From Spirochaetia bacterium (lineage in GTDB: Bacteria > Spirochaetota > Spirochaetia > SZUA-6 > Bin103): DNA of 64,000 nucleotides. The stretch lies in contig CBDBDQ010000005.1 in the NCBI GenBank assembly GCA_965203905.1, positions 7,264,001-7,328,000 of the forward strand. Direction: 5' to 3'. The translations under genes were made by a program, and so were the position numbers. The notes under the pieces were generated by a model. The model worked only from the letters and a program-made list of their open reading frames with translations, did no database searches and was not told the DNA's origin. This document shows, in pieces, positions 27,869 through 37,579 of this stretch (the stretch's first letter is position 1; the number at the start of each line of letters is the position of its first letter).

Positions 27869-29424
27869 TGCCCGAAGTGACGCGCACCGGCGGCCGGCTG
27901 CACGACCCCGCGGCGCGCCCGCGGGTGGCGATCGGTGCCATCTTCACCGAGTGCAACCACCTCGGCGGCGCCCCGATCGACCGCTCCTGGTACGAGCGCT
28001 ACGAGCTGCTGCGCGGCGAGGAGCTGCTGGCCGGCGCCACCGGGGCGGTGGCCGGCATGCTGGGCGTGCTGCGCGAGCGGTACCTGGCGCCGGTGCCGCT
28101 GCTGTACGCCAGCACCTGCGCCGGCGGCCCGCTCACCAGGGACACCTACGAGGAACTGAAGGGCGAGATTCTCGGGCGGCTGCAGGCGGCGCTGCCGGTG
28201 GACGGCGTGTTGCTGCCGTTGCACGGCGCCGCGGCTGCCGAGCACGTGGGCGACCCCGAGGGCGATCTGATCGGTGCGGTGCGCGCGCTGGTGGGCGCGG
28301 ACACGCCGGTGGTGGCCAGCCTCGACCTGCACGCCCACGTCACCGCGGCGATGGTGGGCGGGGCCGACGCCCTGGTGGCCTGGGAGACCTACCCCCACCG
28401 CGACGCCGTCTCCACCGGGCAGCGCGCCGCGCGGCTGCTGGCCGACGCCGTGGCCGGGCGCTGCCGGCCCACCATGGCGCTGGCCAAGGTGCCGGTGGTG
28501 ACCGGCGCGACCAACGGCTCCACCGAGGGCGCCGGCCCGTTCGCCGACCTGATGCGCCGCGCCAAGGCGCTGGAGGAGAATGCCGGCGTGCTGTCCACCA
28601 GCATGTTCCTGGTGCACCCCTACCTCGATCTGCCCGACATGGGCAGCGGCGCGCTGGTGGTCACCGACGCCGACCCGGAACGCGCGGCGCAGCTCGCCAC
28701 CGAACTAGCGGAGGAGTACTGGCAGCGCCGCGCCGAGCTGGAGCCGGAGGTCCACACCCCCGAACAGGCGGTGGCCGCCGGGCTGCAAGTGGAGGGCACG
28801 GTGCTGCTGGTGGAGACCGCCGATTGCTGCGGCGGCGGCGCCGCCGGCGACAGCGCGGCTTCCCTCAAGGCGCTGCTGGAGGCCGCCCTGCCCGGCCCCG
28901 CCCTGGTGCCGGTGGTGGATCCGGCGGCGGCGCGCGCCTGCCACGACGCCGGCGCCGGGAACCCCGTCACCGTGGCCGTGGGCCACGCGCTCGATCCACA
29001 GTGGGGCGAGCCGGTCACCGTGACCGGCCGCGTGCTGCGCCTCGGCGACGGCGGCTTCCGCTACCGCGGCGGCATCTGGGACGGCGTGGAAGGCGCCATG
29101 GGCCCGAGCGCCGTGCTCGAAGTCCCCTCCCGCGGCGGTCCCGGCGCCGTGCGCATCCTGCTGGCCACCCACGCCACCTACGACTGGGCCGACGAGCAGT
29201 TCCGCTCCGTGGACCTCGACCCGGCCGAGGCCAAGTTCATCGTCGCCAAGAATCCGATGAACTACCACCTTGCCTACTCGCCCATCGCCGCCGCCACCTA
29301 CATCCTGGACACCCCCGGCCCCACCCCGGCCACCGTTCGCAACGTCCCCTTCCGCAACCTGCAGCGCCCCTGGTTCCCCGCCGACCCCGACATCCCCAAC
29401 CTGCGCCCCACCCTCCTCACGTAG
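27850..29424 (+). CDS. M81/MlrC-family metallopeptidase
   Basis: [38 protein letters not shown]. Confidence 0.9.
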   Translation: MEQHSIVPEVTRTGGRLHDPAARPRVAIGAIFTECNHLGGAPIDRSWYERYELLRGEELLAGATGAVAGMLGVLRERYLAPVPLLYASTCAGGPLTRDTYEELKGEILGRLQAALPVDGVLLPLHGAAAAEHVGDPEGDLIGAVRALVGADTPVVASLDLHAHVTAAMVGGADALVAWETYPHRDAVSTGQRAARLLADAVAGRCRPTMALAKVPVVTGATNGSTEGAGPFADLMRRAKALEENAGVLSTSMFLVHPYLDLPDMGSGALVVTDADPERAAQLATELAEEYWQRRAELEPEVHTPEQAVAAGLQVEGTVLLVETADCCGGGAAGDSAASLKALLEAALPGPALVPVVDPAAARACHDAGAGNPVTVAVGHALDPQWGEPVTVTGRVLRLGDGGFRYRGGIWDGVEGAMGPSAVLEVPSRGGPGAVRILLATHATYDWADEQFRSVDLDPAEAKFIVAKNPMNYHLAYSPIAAATYILDTPGPTPATVRNVPFRNLQRPWFPADPDIPNLRPTLLT

Positions 29425-29489
29425 TACCAGAAGGATCGAGTACCGGTACGCCGGTTGGTTCGAAATGCCGGACATTGGACATTGCGGGT

Positions 29490-29585
29490 CACCACCGTCA
29501 GGCCGAGGAAGCGCGCCAGGTGATCCTGCTCCCGCTTCATGTCGGTGTTGAGCAGCGTCGCGTAGCCCTCGCGGCCGCCCCAAAC
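29490..29585 (-). pseudogene. xylA: ~30-codon xylose isomerase fragment
   Basis: [27 protein letters not shown] matches the class II XylA signature; no flanking XylA sequence. Confidence 0.8.
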
Positions 29586-29720
29586 ACGTAGTGTCTTCCA
29601 TGGCAACTCCCGGAACCTACGGCAACAACACGTGCCCGGTGGGCAAACCCCGAGCCGGCGGGTACCATCCGCGCTTGTCACGCCACTCCTGCCGATCGGC
29701 ACCCGCTTGATCACGAACAG

Positions 29721-29778
29721 TTGACATGCAAGCACACGCTTGCATATATTGGGCCTTGACATGCAAGCAAACACTTGC
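29721..29778 (+). promoter_or_regulatory. Tandem ArsR operator/promoter
   Basis: Two copies of TTGACATGCAAGCANACNCTTGC (29721, 29756); the first contains the palindrome ATGCAAGC-acac-GCTTGCAT. Confidence 0.75.
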
Positions 29779-29792
29779 CGGAGACTGGTCTT

Positions 29793-30077
29793 GTGGACGT
29801 GTATCGCGCGATCGCTGACCCAACCAGGCGAGCCATCCTGGATGAACTCGTCGATCGGTCAGGTCAGTCGCTCTTCGAACTCTGCGCACGCCTAACCATG
29901 AAGCACGGCATCAACTCCTCACGGCAGGCGATCACGCAACACCTGGGCGTCTTGGAGGCCGCCGGGCTGATTCGCACGAGGCGCGAGGGGAGGTCGAAGC
30001 TCCATTGGTTCGAGACCAGCCCGCTGAAGGCCATCGCGGAACGTTGGCCGATCTCAACAGATGAAAGGGAGATGTGA
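29793..30077 (+). CDS. ArsR/SmtB-family transcriptional regulator
   Basis: [34 protein letters not shown]. Confidence 0.9.
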   Translation: MDVYRAIADPTRRAILDELVDRSGQSLFELCARLTMKHGINSSRQAITQHLGVLEAAGLIRTRREGRSKLHWFETSPLKAIAERWPISTDEREM

Positions 30078-30080
30078 AAG

Positions 30081-30476
30081 ATGAGGATTCACCTGGCCGG
30101 CGTCTTCGTAGACGACCAACAGAAGGCGCTTCGCTTTTACACCGAAACGCTTGGCTTCCAGCTCAAGCACAACATTCCCTTGGGCGAGTACGCCTGGATC
30201 ACGGTGGTATCCGCGGAAGACCCTGAGGGGACGGAGTTTCTGCTTGAGCCTGATGCCCATCCCGCGGTCCGTCCGTTCTTGAAGGCGATTGTGGAGGACG
30301 GGATCCCCAGTACCTCCTTCGCGGTCGACGACGTGCAAGCCGAATACGAGCGTCTCGTGGCAAAAGGTGTGCGATTCGTACAGCCGCCAACAGACCTCGG
30401 GACGGTCATCACCGCGATACTCGACGATACGTGCGGCAACTTGATCCAGATCCAAGAGGAGAAACCCCAACCGTAA
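30081..30476 (+). CDS. VOC/glyoxalase family protein
   Basis: VFVDDQQKALRFYTETLGF, DDTCGNLIQI. Confidence 0.93.
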   Translation: MRIHLAGVFVDDQQKALRFYTETLGFQLKHNIPLGEYAWITVVSAEDPEGTEFLLEPDAHPAVRPFLKAIVEDGIPSTSFAVDDVQAEYERLVAKGVRFVQPPTDLGTVITAILDDTCGNLIQIQEEKPQP

Positions 30477-30780
30477 CGACCTTGCCAAGAACGCGGTCAT
30501 CCGGCTCGCCTATGCGGTGGCCGCCGACCTTCACGCCCACCAGGTCACGGCGTTGGCGCTCACGCCGGGCCTGATGCGCTCCGAGGCGGTGCTCGACCAC
30601 TGCGGGGTCACCGAGGCGAGCTGGACTCCATTGCCGCGGACCCGTACTTCGCCAGTCCGAGACGCCGTGCTGCGTCGGGCGGGCGGTGGCGGCCCTACTA
30701 GCCGCCGACCGGGACGTCGGGGCCAGGAGCGGCGGCCTGTTCTCGATCTGGGGGACTGGCGAAGGAGTACGGCCTCACCG
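30477..30780 (+). pseudogene. Frameshifted C-terminal half of an SDR oxidoreductase
   Basis: DLAKNAVIRLAYAVAADL...LTPGLMRSEAVLDH / SETPCCVGRAVAALLAAD / KEYGLT spread across frames. Confidence 0.7.
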
Positions 30781-30888
30781 GCGAGCGCCTGCGCATGCAC
30801 CGGGGCGCGGCGCTGTTGCCGCTCGATGCCGCGCTCCGCTGCCGCCGACCCCTTGCCAGCGGGCCGCACGCGTCCCCACAGTAGCGGC

Positions 30889-31935
30889 ATGAACCAGCGA
30901 ACCAAATTCGATCCGCTCAGGCTGCTGGACGCGCTGCACGCGGGAGCGAAGCGCGACTGTGCCTTCACCGCCACGAGCGCCGCCGCCGCACGCGCATGGC
31001 AGGCACACGCCGGGCCCGTGCTCGCCGGGCACCTGGGCTTCCTCGACCGGCCGGCGCCGCCGGTGGAGGCCGAGCTTGAGCAGACCGTCGACCGCGGCTC
31101 CTACGTCCGCGAGCGGGTGGTCCTGCGCACCTGGCCCGATGCGACGATGCCGGTCTACGTGCTGGTGCCGAAGGGCCTCACCGGGCCGGCGCCGTGCGTG
31201 CTGGCCCTGCACGGGCACGGCTACGGCGTGCGCGACATCGTCGGGCTGTGGGAGGACGGATCCGAGCGCTGGGAGCCGGATGGCTACCACAAGGACTTCG
31301 GCTGCGCCCTGGCCGAGCGCGGCTTCGTAGTCGTGGCGCCCGAGATAAGCTGCTTCGGCGAGCGGCGCGCCGACTATTCGGCGCTCGCGGACGAGCTCGC
31401 CGGCACCGCGCCGACCACCTGCCACAACGCCGCCACCTACGCCTCCATGCTGGGCGGCTCGATGCTGGGCTTGCGCGTCTGGGACGGGATGCGCGCCGTC
31501 GACTACCTGGCCACGCGGCCGGACGCCGACAGCGTCCGCCTGGGGGCCATGGGCATCTCCGGCGGCGGCGCGCACGCCTACTTCTCCACCGCGTGCGACG
31601 ACCGCATCCGTGCCTGCGTCATCTCCGGCTACTTCTGCGACTGGCGGCAGAGCATCCTCACCTTCCACCACTGCACCTGCAACTTCGTGCCCGGCCTGCT
31701 GCGGCACGGCGAGCTCAGCGACTTCGCGGGACTGATCGCCCCGCGCCCCTGCCTGATCGAGGCGGGCCGGCGGGACACGATTTTCCCCATCGACGGCGTG
31801 CGCGCGACGGTACAGCGGGCGCGGGCGGCGTGGCGCGCCTTCGGAGCCGAGGACGCGCTCGTCACCGACGAGTTCGACGGCCGCCACCAGATCAGCGGCC
31901 GGCTCGCCTACGACTTCCTCGCCCGCCACCTCTGA
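30889..31935 (+). CDS. Alpha/beta hydrolase (dienelactone hydrolase/acetylxylan esterase-like)
   Basis: LALHGHG, nucleophile elbow GISGGG, GRRDTIF, DGRH. Confidence 0.88.
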   Translation: MNQRTKFDPLRLLDALHAGAKRDCAFTATSAAAARAWQAHAGPVLAGHLGFLDRPAPPVEAELEQTVDRGSYVRERVVLRTWPDATMPVYVLVPKGLTGPAPCVLALHGHGYGVRDIVGLWEDGSERWEPDGYHKDFGCALAERGFVVVAPEISCFGERRADYSALADELAGTAPTTCHNAATYASMLGGSMLGLRVWDGMRAVDYLATRPDADSVRLGAMGISGGGAHAYFSTACDDRIRACVISGYFCDWRQSILTFHHCTCNFVPGLLRHGELSDFAGLIAPRPCLIEAGRRDTIFPIDGVRATVQRARAAWRAFGAEDALVTDEFDGRHQISGRLAYDFLARHL

Positions 31936-31961
31936 CCGCGCGCACGAAAGGCAGAGCGTTC

Positions 31962-32063
31962 GTGTTGTTGTTGGATATACTTGAGCTCCTCGTCGGATTT
32001 CTGATGGGCCTGTTCCGCAGGCGACGGCGGTACCGCAAGCCGCCGCCGAATCCCCGGCAGTGA
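31962..32063 (+). CDS. Putative 33-aa small membrane peptide
   Basis: MLLLDILELLVGFLMGLFRRRRRYRKPPPNPRQ; stop overlaps the next start (GTGA). Confidence 0.35.
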   Translation: MLLLDILELLVGFLMGLFRRRRRYRKPPPNPRQ

Positions 32064-32491
32064 TCGTGCATTCGGCAGTTACCGTCTTCGAGGCCGGTGT
32101 GGAGCGGGTCGCGGAGCTCGCCGAGCTGAATCGGCAGCTACGGGACGACGAGGGCTACCCCGATCCAATGACTCGCGCCCAGTTTGTCGAACGCATGACG
32201 AACTGGTTGCAAGACGGCTATCGGAGCTACCTGGCGTGCGAGGACGGCCACACGGTGGGCTACTGCCTGTTCCGGGAGACCGCCCGGTACTACCAACTCC
32301 GTCACTTCTTCGTGGTCCGGGACCGCCGCCGGCGTGGAATCGGGACCGCGCTGCTCGACTGGATGTACGCCCACGTGTGGTCGGGCAAGCCTGTCCTCTT
32401 GGAGGTGTTTTCGCACAATGCGCCGGCGGTCGCGTTCTACCGCGCCTACGGCTTTCGCGTTCGCACCACCGTGCTGCGGATGGAGAAGTGA
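32060..32491 (+). CDS. GNAT N-acetyltransferase
   Basis: FFVVRDRRRRGIGTALL, NAPAVAFYRAYGF. Confidence 0.88.
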   Translation: MIVHSAVTVFEAGVERVAELAELNRQLRDDEGYPDPMTRAQFVERMTNWLQDGYRSYLACEDGHTVGYCLFRETARYYQLRHFFVVRDRRRRGIGTALLDWMYAHVWSGKPVLLEVFSHNAPAVAFYRAYGFRVRTTVLRMEK

Positions 32492-32952
32492 GGGGTCTTC
32501 TCCAGGGCCACCACCTCGAAGCTGCCGTGCCGCCGTCTGCCCGTCTCTCGATAGCCGCTTCCCGTATACAGGCGTAGCGCGGCCACCTGCTCGGCCGTCG
32601 TCTCTACCAACAGCCTGGTGACGCCGCGTTGACGGGCGCATCGTTCAAGGGCCACGAGCAACCGAGTGCCCAGGCCGCGCCGCTGAACGTCGGGATGCAC
32701 CCGCATCCGTGTGATCTCGGCACAGCGATCGGTATGTCGCTTGAGCGCTCCCATCGCGACCACCCGCTCGCCGATCACGCCGACCAGGAAATCGCCTCCG
32801 GCGGCCAGGTACTCGGCCTCGATGCGGTGCAGATCCCGATCCCACTGCCCGCTCCCCGGATGGGCGCCGACCTGGCGCAACGCCAGGTTGTGAAGCCGCC
32901 ACACGGCACCACGGTCCCCGCACCGATAGCGCCGGATCTGCATTCGTTCCAC
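32446..32952 (-). CDS. GNAT N-acetyltransferase
   Basis: MRVHPDVQRRGLGTRLL, ALRLYTGSGY. Confidence 0.88.
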   Translation of the reverse strand: MERMQIRRYRCGDRGAVWRLHNLALRQVGAHPGSGQWDRDLHRIEAEYLAAGGDFLVGVIGERVVAMGALKRHTDRCAEITRMRVHPDVQRRGLGTRLLVALERCARQRGVTRLLVETTAEQVAALRLYTGSGYRETGRRRHGSFEVVALEKTPHFSIRSTVVRTRKP

Positions 32953-33113
32953 GAGCTTGCCCGCTCAAATGCCGAACGGTCGTGACGAACGTAAGAGAGT
33001 GCGCGATGGGGTTTCACTTGCGACGGAATCGATAGCAGGTTTTATGCTCGTAAGAGTAAAGATCAAGGAAAAACGCACTTTCGATTGCGCTGGGAAAGGC
33101 GCTTCCTACTCTT

Positions 33114-33362
33114 TCACATGCTCCCAAGCGGAAAAAATGCGTACGCGTGGACACCTTGGTTGCCTTTCTTGGACCAATCCCCAGCTCTGTGAGCATTGGC
33201 CGCGCTTGCTACAAGCAACTGAGTCTTGAATGGATGATCGACCTCAACTGCGATCGTTGCAAATCCAAGATAATTCGCCGAAAGCGGAATATCGTTGTTT
33301 TGGTGCAGTTCAGGACTTGAAATCTCCTTGAAATCGCCCAACGGAATAAGCGGAGTATTCAT
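33114..33362 (-). CDS. Small hypothetical protein downstream of the protease
   Basis: Strong GAGGAGGT RBS before GTG-ATG; low GC like the adjacent protease gene. Confidence 0.45.
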   Translation of the reverse strand: MNTPLIPLGDFKEISSPELHQNNDIPLSANYLGFATIAVEVDHPFKTQLLVASAANAHRAGDWSKKGNQGVHAYAFFPLGSM

Positions 33363-33404
33363 CACGTACCTCCTCGGAGCTAAACCTTTCAACATGGCAC
33401 CAAC

Positions 33405-34604
33405 CTAATCGTCTGTCATCTCGCGTTGCCATGACGTATTATATTGTACTGTCTGGAATCCTTGTTGTGGCATCGATTTTATTAACTGATTCGTAATTTC
33501 GTCGGCTGCTTCCTTAATTTGTGCATGAATCGCTGGAACGACCAACTTGTGCAAGTACTCATTGATCTGTTGCGCATCCACTGCCATATTCTCTGGGAAA
33601 GATGGAACTCCTAGTTGCACATTCGGAAGACTAACTGTCACTTGGGGAGGAACCTGTCGTAGTCGTGTAACTCTAAGGTCAGTCTTAAAGACGTCCTTTG
33701 CATGCGTGCTCTCGATAGCTGCTAGTCGTAGGCCTTCCCAAGTCTTCGCCTCAAGGTCTTTAGCGATCAATTCTCCCTGGCCTTCAAATGGGCTCTCCAA
33801 TTCTAGCATTGTCGCGTATTCAGACAAAAGCATCAGCAACTCGTCGTTTATGTCCACATCCTCAGCATTGACGGCAAAGTTAATTCCGATTTCGCGGGCC
33901 TCTGATCGTCGTATCACATGTGAATGACTGCCAATCTCAGAGGCCAGAGCGTCGACAATCCGCTTAATTTTCTCATCACCTAGATCCTCTTTTCGCATTC
34001 GGATCAATTGCTCAGCAACCCGTCGTGTTTGCGACAACAGACGGTTTATTGCACCAAGTCCTAAAGGTGGAACCTGCTTGGCCAAGTCGGAAAATGCTTG
34101 GATTCTTTCGTCAGAGTCGTTAAAACGAAATAGATCCAACAACTCCATATAGCCACGTACATCTTCCACAGACATTGGAAGTGGGTCGCCCGAACTTGGG
34201 TCACGAGGGTTGTGAGGACCGACTTGGATGGTGGCATCAATAGGTCCTAGTTCTGCCATCGGTGTCATGACTATCTCATCCGCACCTACGGCTATTACGG
34301 TGGCTGCACTGTGAGCTCTCGATGGAATAAGCACACCGAATGATCGCTCTTCTAAAAGCTCCCTAATCAGGGTAACGATGCTCCAAGGTGTATCACTATG
34401 ACCGCCGCGACTATAAAGGAAGAGATCAATTTTCTTTGAATCATCCCGGAGCAAGGCGCGGAGGTGTCGCTCAATCATCGGCAAAACATCCGGCGCAATA
34501 CGTGCTTCAACACCCTGCCGGTCACCCGTAACGTAAGCCAACACCTTGGACCGCCGCTTACGCTCAATCTCCGCTAACAGATCAATCCGTTTTGACCGGG
34601 ACAC
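33405..34604 (-). CDS. SDH_sah-family ClpP/crotonase-fold serine protease
   Basis: LFLYSRGG, IPSRAHSAATVIAVGADEIVM, LGPID, SHSHVIRRSEA; markedly lower GC than flanks. Confidence 0.85.
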   Translation of the reverse strand: MSRSKRIDLLAEIERKRRSKVLAYVTGDRQGVEARIAPDVLPMIERHLRALLRDDSKKIDLFLYSRGGHSDTPWSIVTLIRELLEERSFGVLIPSRAHSAATVIAVGADEIVMTPMAELGPIDATIQVGPHNPRDPSSGDPLPMSVEDVRGYMELLDLFRFNDSDERIQAFSDLAKQVPPLGLGAINRLLSQTRRVAEQLIRMRKEDLGDEKIKRIVDALASEIGSHSHVIRRSEAREIGINFAVNAEDVDINDELLMLLSEYATMLELESPFEGQGELIAKDLEAKTWEGLRLAAIESTHAKDVFKTDLRVTRLRQVPPQVTVSLPNVQLGVPSFPENMAVDAQQINEYLHKLVVPAIHAQIKEAADEITNQLIKSMPQQGFQTVQYNTSWQREMTDD

Positions 34605-34858
34605 TATGTCCTCATTCGATTCGCCAACCTGCGACTATACTGGCGGCAGCAACCCTGTTCGATCGCTGGCGATACAGGAGCGTCTGTCTCTGAGGGTTCC
34701 CATACGTACTCACCCCCCAACGTCCGTCGCCGGCTCATGCGGCGCATCCGGGGACTAGTCCACTGAGGCTACACAAACCTGCATGAGCTGGCAACTAGCC
34801 TATCCCACGCGGCCTAGCCTGACCCAGTCCCAAGCCGTGGGTGCTCCATAGTCCTCGC

Positions 34859-36688
34859 CTAGTTGCGGGCCCACTCTTCATACAGCCGCTCCACCTGGCG
34901 CACCACCCGCCGCAGGCGAGCGGTGTAACGCCGTTCCAGGGTCCGGTCTCCCGACTGCAGCGCCCGCGTCACCTGACGCTCCAATTCCAGCTTCTCGCTC
35001 TCCAGCCGCTCGATCCGGACTTCCAGCGATTGCTGCGGAACCTGGTGGCCGCCCCCGTCGGCGGTAGCCGCAACCGGACGCCGGGGCTTGCGCTCGGCCC
35101 AGTACTCCGAGAACCCGCCCGCGAAGCGATGCAGCCCCTGGTCGCGCACCTCTACCACCGCGGTCGCGATGCTGTCGAGGAGATAGCGGTCGTGGCTCAC
35201 CAGCAATACGGTCCCGGTGAACTCCAGCAGCGCGTCCTCGATCGCTTCGCAGGAAGGGATGTCCATGTGGTTGGTCGGTTCATCGAGGATCAGGAAGTTG
35301 GCCCGGCGCTGCACCGCCGCCGCAATCTGCAGGCGGTTGCGTTCACCGCCCGACAGAACGCCGATCTGCTTGTCCAGGTCGGCCCAGGTGAACAGGTACC
35401 CCCGCAGGGCGCCCAGGACCTCCCGCCGGTTGCCCAGCCCCAAGTCGATGAACGCGTCCAGAATGGTCTGTTCAGCGGCGAACGTGTCCTGGTTCTGAGC
35501 GCAGTAGCCGACGGTCAGGCTCGGCCCGACGCGCAGCACCGGGTGCTCCCACGCACCGTGGGCAACGATGTCGCGCAGCAGCGTGCTCTTGCCGCAGCCG
35601 TTTGGCCCCACCAGCGCGACCCGCTCCCCGCAGGAGATCTCCAGGCGCGCGTCCCGGAACAGCACGCGGTCGCCGAAACGCCGCTCGTAGCCGAATACCT
35701 GCAACGCCACGTTCGCCCTGCTCCGATCCTGCGGCAACACCACCGACACCCGCTCCTGCCGCAGCTCGGGCCGCGCCACGGCCTGGCTCTCTTCCCGCGC
35801 GAGCTGCGTGCGCCGCGCCCGCAGGCGCCTGCCGTGCGCCTTGTCGGAACGCACGGCGGCAACCGCCGCCAGCCGGGCGACCAGCGCGTTGAGCTGGGCG
35901 ATCCGCTTCTGCGCGGCCACGTAGTCGGCGCGCTGGGCGACCAGCGCCTGCAGTCGGGTCAGCCGATAGTCGGTGTAGTTGCCGCCGTACTCACGGATGT
36001 GTCCGCCGGTGAGTTCCAGGATGCGGGTCACGGTCCGGTCCAGCAGGCGCCGGTTGTGGGACACCAGCAGCACGGCGCCCGGGAAGCCGGCGAGCATCTC
36101 CTCCAGCCACTCCAGACCGGCGTAGTCCAGGTGATTCCCCGGCTCATCCAGCACCAGCAGCCCGGGATCGCCCAGCAGCGCCCGTGCCAGGGAGAGCAGG
36201 TTGCGCTCGCCGCCCGACAGCAGGCCCACGGCTTTGGCGCCCGCGCCGGCCAACCTCACCCGCTCCAGGGCACGTTCCGCCTGCCACGCCGCCTGGTCGC
36301 CGTTCAGGGCATCATAGCGATCGCGTGCCGCCTGGTAGCGGCGCAGAGCAGCGTCCATCCGTTCCTCGCTCGCTCCCGCCAAAGTCTGCTCTGCCGCCCG
36401 CAACGCGTGCTCGGCGGCCGCAACCTCACCCAGCAGGTACTCACGCACGTGCTCCGTCGCCGCCGCGTCCAACTGTTGCGGCACGAATCCGATCTTGAGA
36501 TCCGGGTCGGCCACCACCATGCCCGAGCTCGGCTGCTGCACACGCCTGAGCAGGTGCAGCAGCGTCGACTTGCCGGCACCGTTGGCGCCGATCAACCCCA
36601 GCTTGTCACCCGGATTGACCTGGAAGGAGATGTCGCGCAGGACATCATGGTCTGCGTAGTGCTTCGAGACCTGGTGAAAGCTCAACAC
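34859..36688 (-). CDS. ABC-F family ATPase (two NBDs, no TM domain)
   Basis: GANGAGKS/LSGGE/LDEPGNHLD and GPNGCGKS/LSGGE/LDEPTNHMD; YGGNYTDY linker. Confidence 0.92.
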   Translation of the reverse strand: MLSFHQVSKHYADHDVLRDISFQVNPGDKLGLIGANGAGKSTLLHLLRRVQQPSSGMVVADPDLKIGFVPQQLDAAATEHVREYLLGEVAAAEHALRAAEQTLAGASEERMDAALRRYQAARDRYDALNGDQAAWQAERALERVRLAGAGAKAVGLLSGGERNLLSLARALLGDPGLLVLDEPGNHLDYAGLEWLEEMLAGFPGAVLLVSHNRRLLDRTVTRILELTGGHIREYGGNYTDYRLTRLQALVAQRADYVAAQKRIAQLNALVARLAAVAAVRSDKAHGRRLRARRTQLAREESQAVARPELRQERVSVVLPQDRSRANVALQVFGYERRFGDRVLFRDARLEISCGERVALVGPNGCGKSTLLRDIVAHGAWEHPVLRVGPSLTVGYCAQNQDTFAAEQTILDAFIDLGLGNRREVLGALRGYLFTWADLDKQIGVLSGGERNRLQIAAAVQRRANFLILDEPTNHMDIPSCEAIEDALLEFTGTVLLVSHDRYLLDSIATAVVEVRDQGLHRFAGGFSEYWAERKPRRPVAATADGGGHQVPQQSLEVRIERLESEKLELERQVTRALQSGDRTLERRYTARLRRVVRQVERLYEEWARN

Positions 36689-36714
36689 GGCGATGAAACC
36701 TGGGCGCGGCGGGC

Positions 36715-37137
36715 CTACCAGCGGTCAGGAACGATCCGGAACCGGCGCCGTCGGTGGATGCGGTAGGTCAGGAAGTCGTCATGGTCGATGGTGAACACCG
36801 TACTGACTCCGGTACGGTTCGCCGTATGCACCAACGTTGCGTCGGCGAAGTCCATGGGGCGGTCGGCGTAGCGCTGCATCAATTCTTCGAGAGCAGGCAG
36901 GTCGTCATCGACGACAGGAAACACGGCGATAGCATCCGACCTGAGCAACCGCCAGGCCGCGGGCACACCTCGCGGATCGCCGCCGAGCAGATGAAACAGC
37001 TCGGCCAGAACGGCGGCGGTAGTCCCAAGTGGCAGACGCAGACGATCGAACGCCGCGACACAGCGACCATGCCACTTGTCGTCCGCGTCGAGGAAGGCCA
37101 GCAGAGCGCCGGTGTCGGCGAGTCCCTCAATGCGCAC
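36715..37137 (-). CDS. vapC: PIN-domain VapC toxin
   Basis: ADTGALLA, VLAELFH, MDFADATL, FTIDHDDF. Confidence 0.88.
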   Translation of the reverse strand: MRIEGLADTGALLAFLDADDKWHGRCVAAFDRLRLPLGTTAAVLAELFHLLGGDPRGVPAAWRLLRSDAIAVFPVVDDDLPALEELMQRYADRPMDFADATLVHTANRTGVSTVFTIDHDDFLTYRIHRRRRFRIVPDRW

Positions 37138-37411
37138 GTCTGGCTTCCAACGCCGCGCGCACACGACGGCTCGCCTGTTCCGCACGGTCGGGATCGCCAC
37201 CGCGGATCGTCCCCGCGCAGCGCAGCGCCTGGTTGCGCATCCGAAGTTGGGACTCCGCGTCCTCTCCGGGTGCCGGGTTGCTGGCCAGCCAGTCGGTGAC
37301 AATCGTTCGCAGCAGATTCGCCACGCTCGTGTTGTCGGCGCGGGCAGCCCGCTCCAGCGCCTCCTTCAGCGCGGTGTCGAGCCGCCAGCTATAGATCTCA
37401 TTGTTGGGCAT
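37127..37411 (-). CDS. RHH-type antitoxin (VapB-like)
   Basis: YSWRLDTALKEALERAARADNTSVANLLRTIV; overlaps the vapC start. Confidence 0.8.
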   Translation of the reverse strand: MPNNEIYSWRLDTALKEALERAARADNTSVANLLRTIVTDWLASNPAPGEDAESQLRMRNQALRCAGTIRGGDPDRAEQASRRVRAALEARRAH

Positions 37412-37429
37412 GCAATACACGGTAGTGCA
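37411..37429. promoter_or_regulatory. Probable VapBC autoregulatory operator
   Basis: TGCAATAC-acg-GTAGTGCA imperfect palindrome abutting the antitoxin ATG. Confidence 0.5.
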
Positions 37430-37579
37430 CTTCCTTCGCGCAAGGCAATTGGTCCCGGTCAACGCGGTCAACGCCTACTCGACGGAGCCCCGTCCGAGGG
37501 TCAGGAACGATGCGCCTGGGGCGCCCGTCGCAGCGGGGCCGGTAGACTCCACGCGCCGTGCGCGGTAACGTCTCGATCA

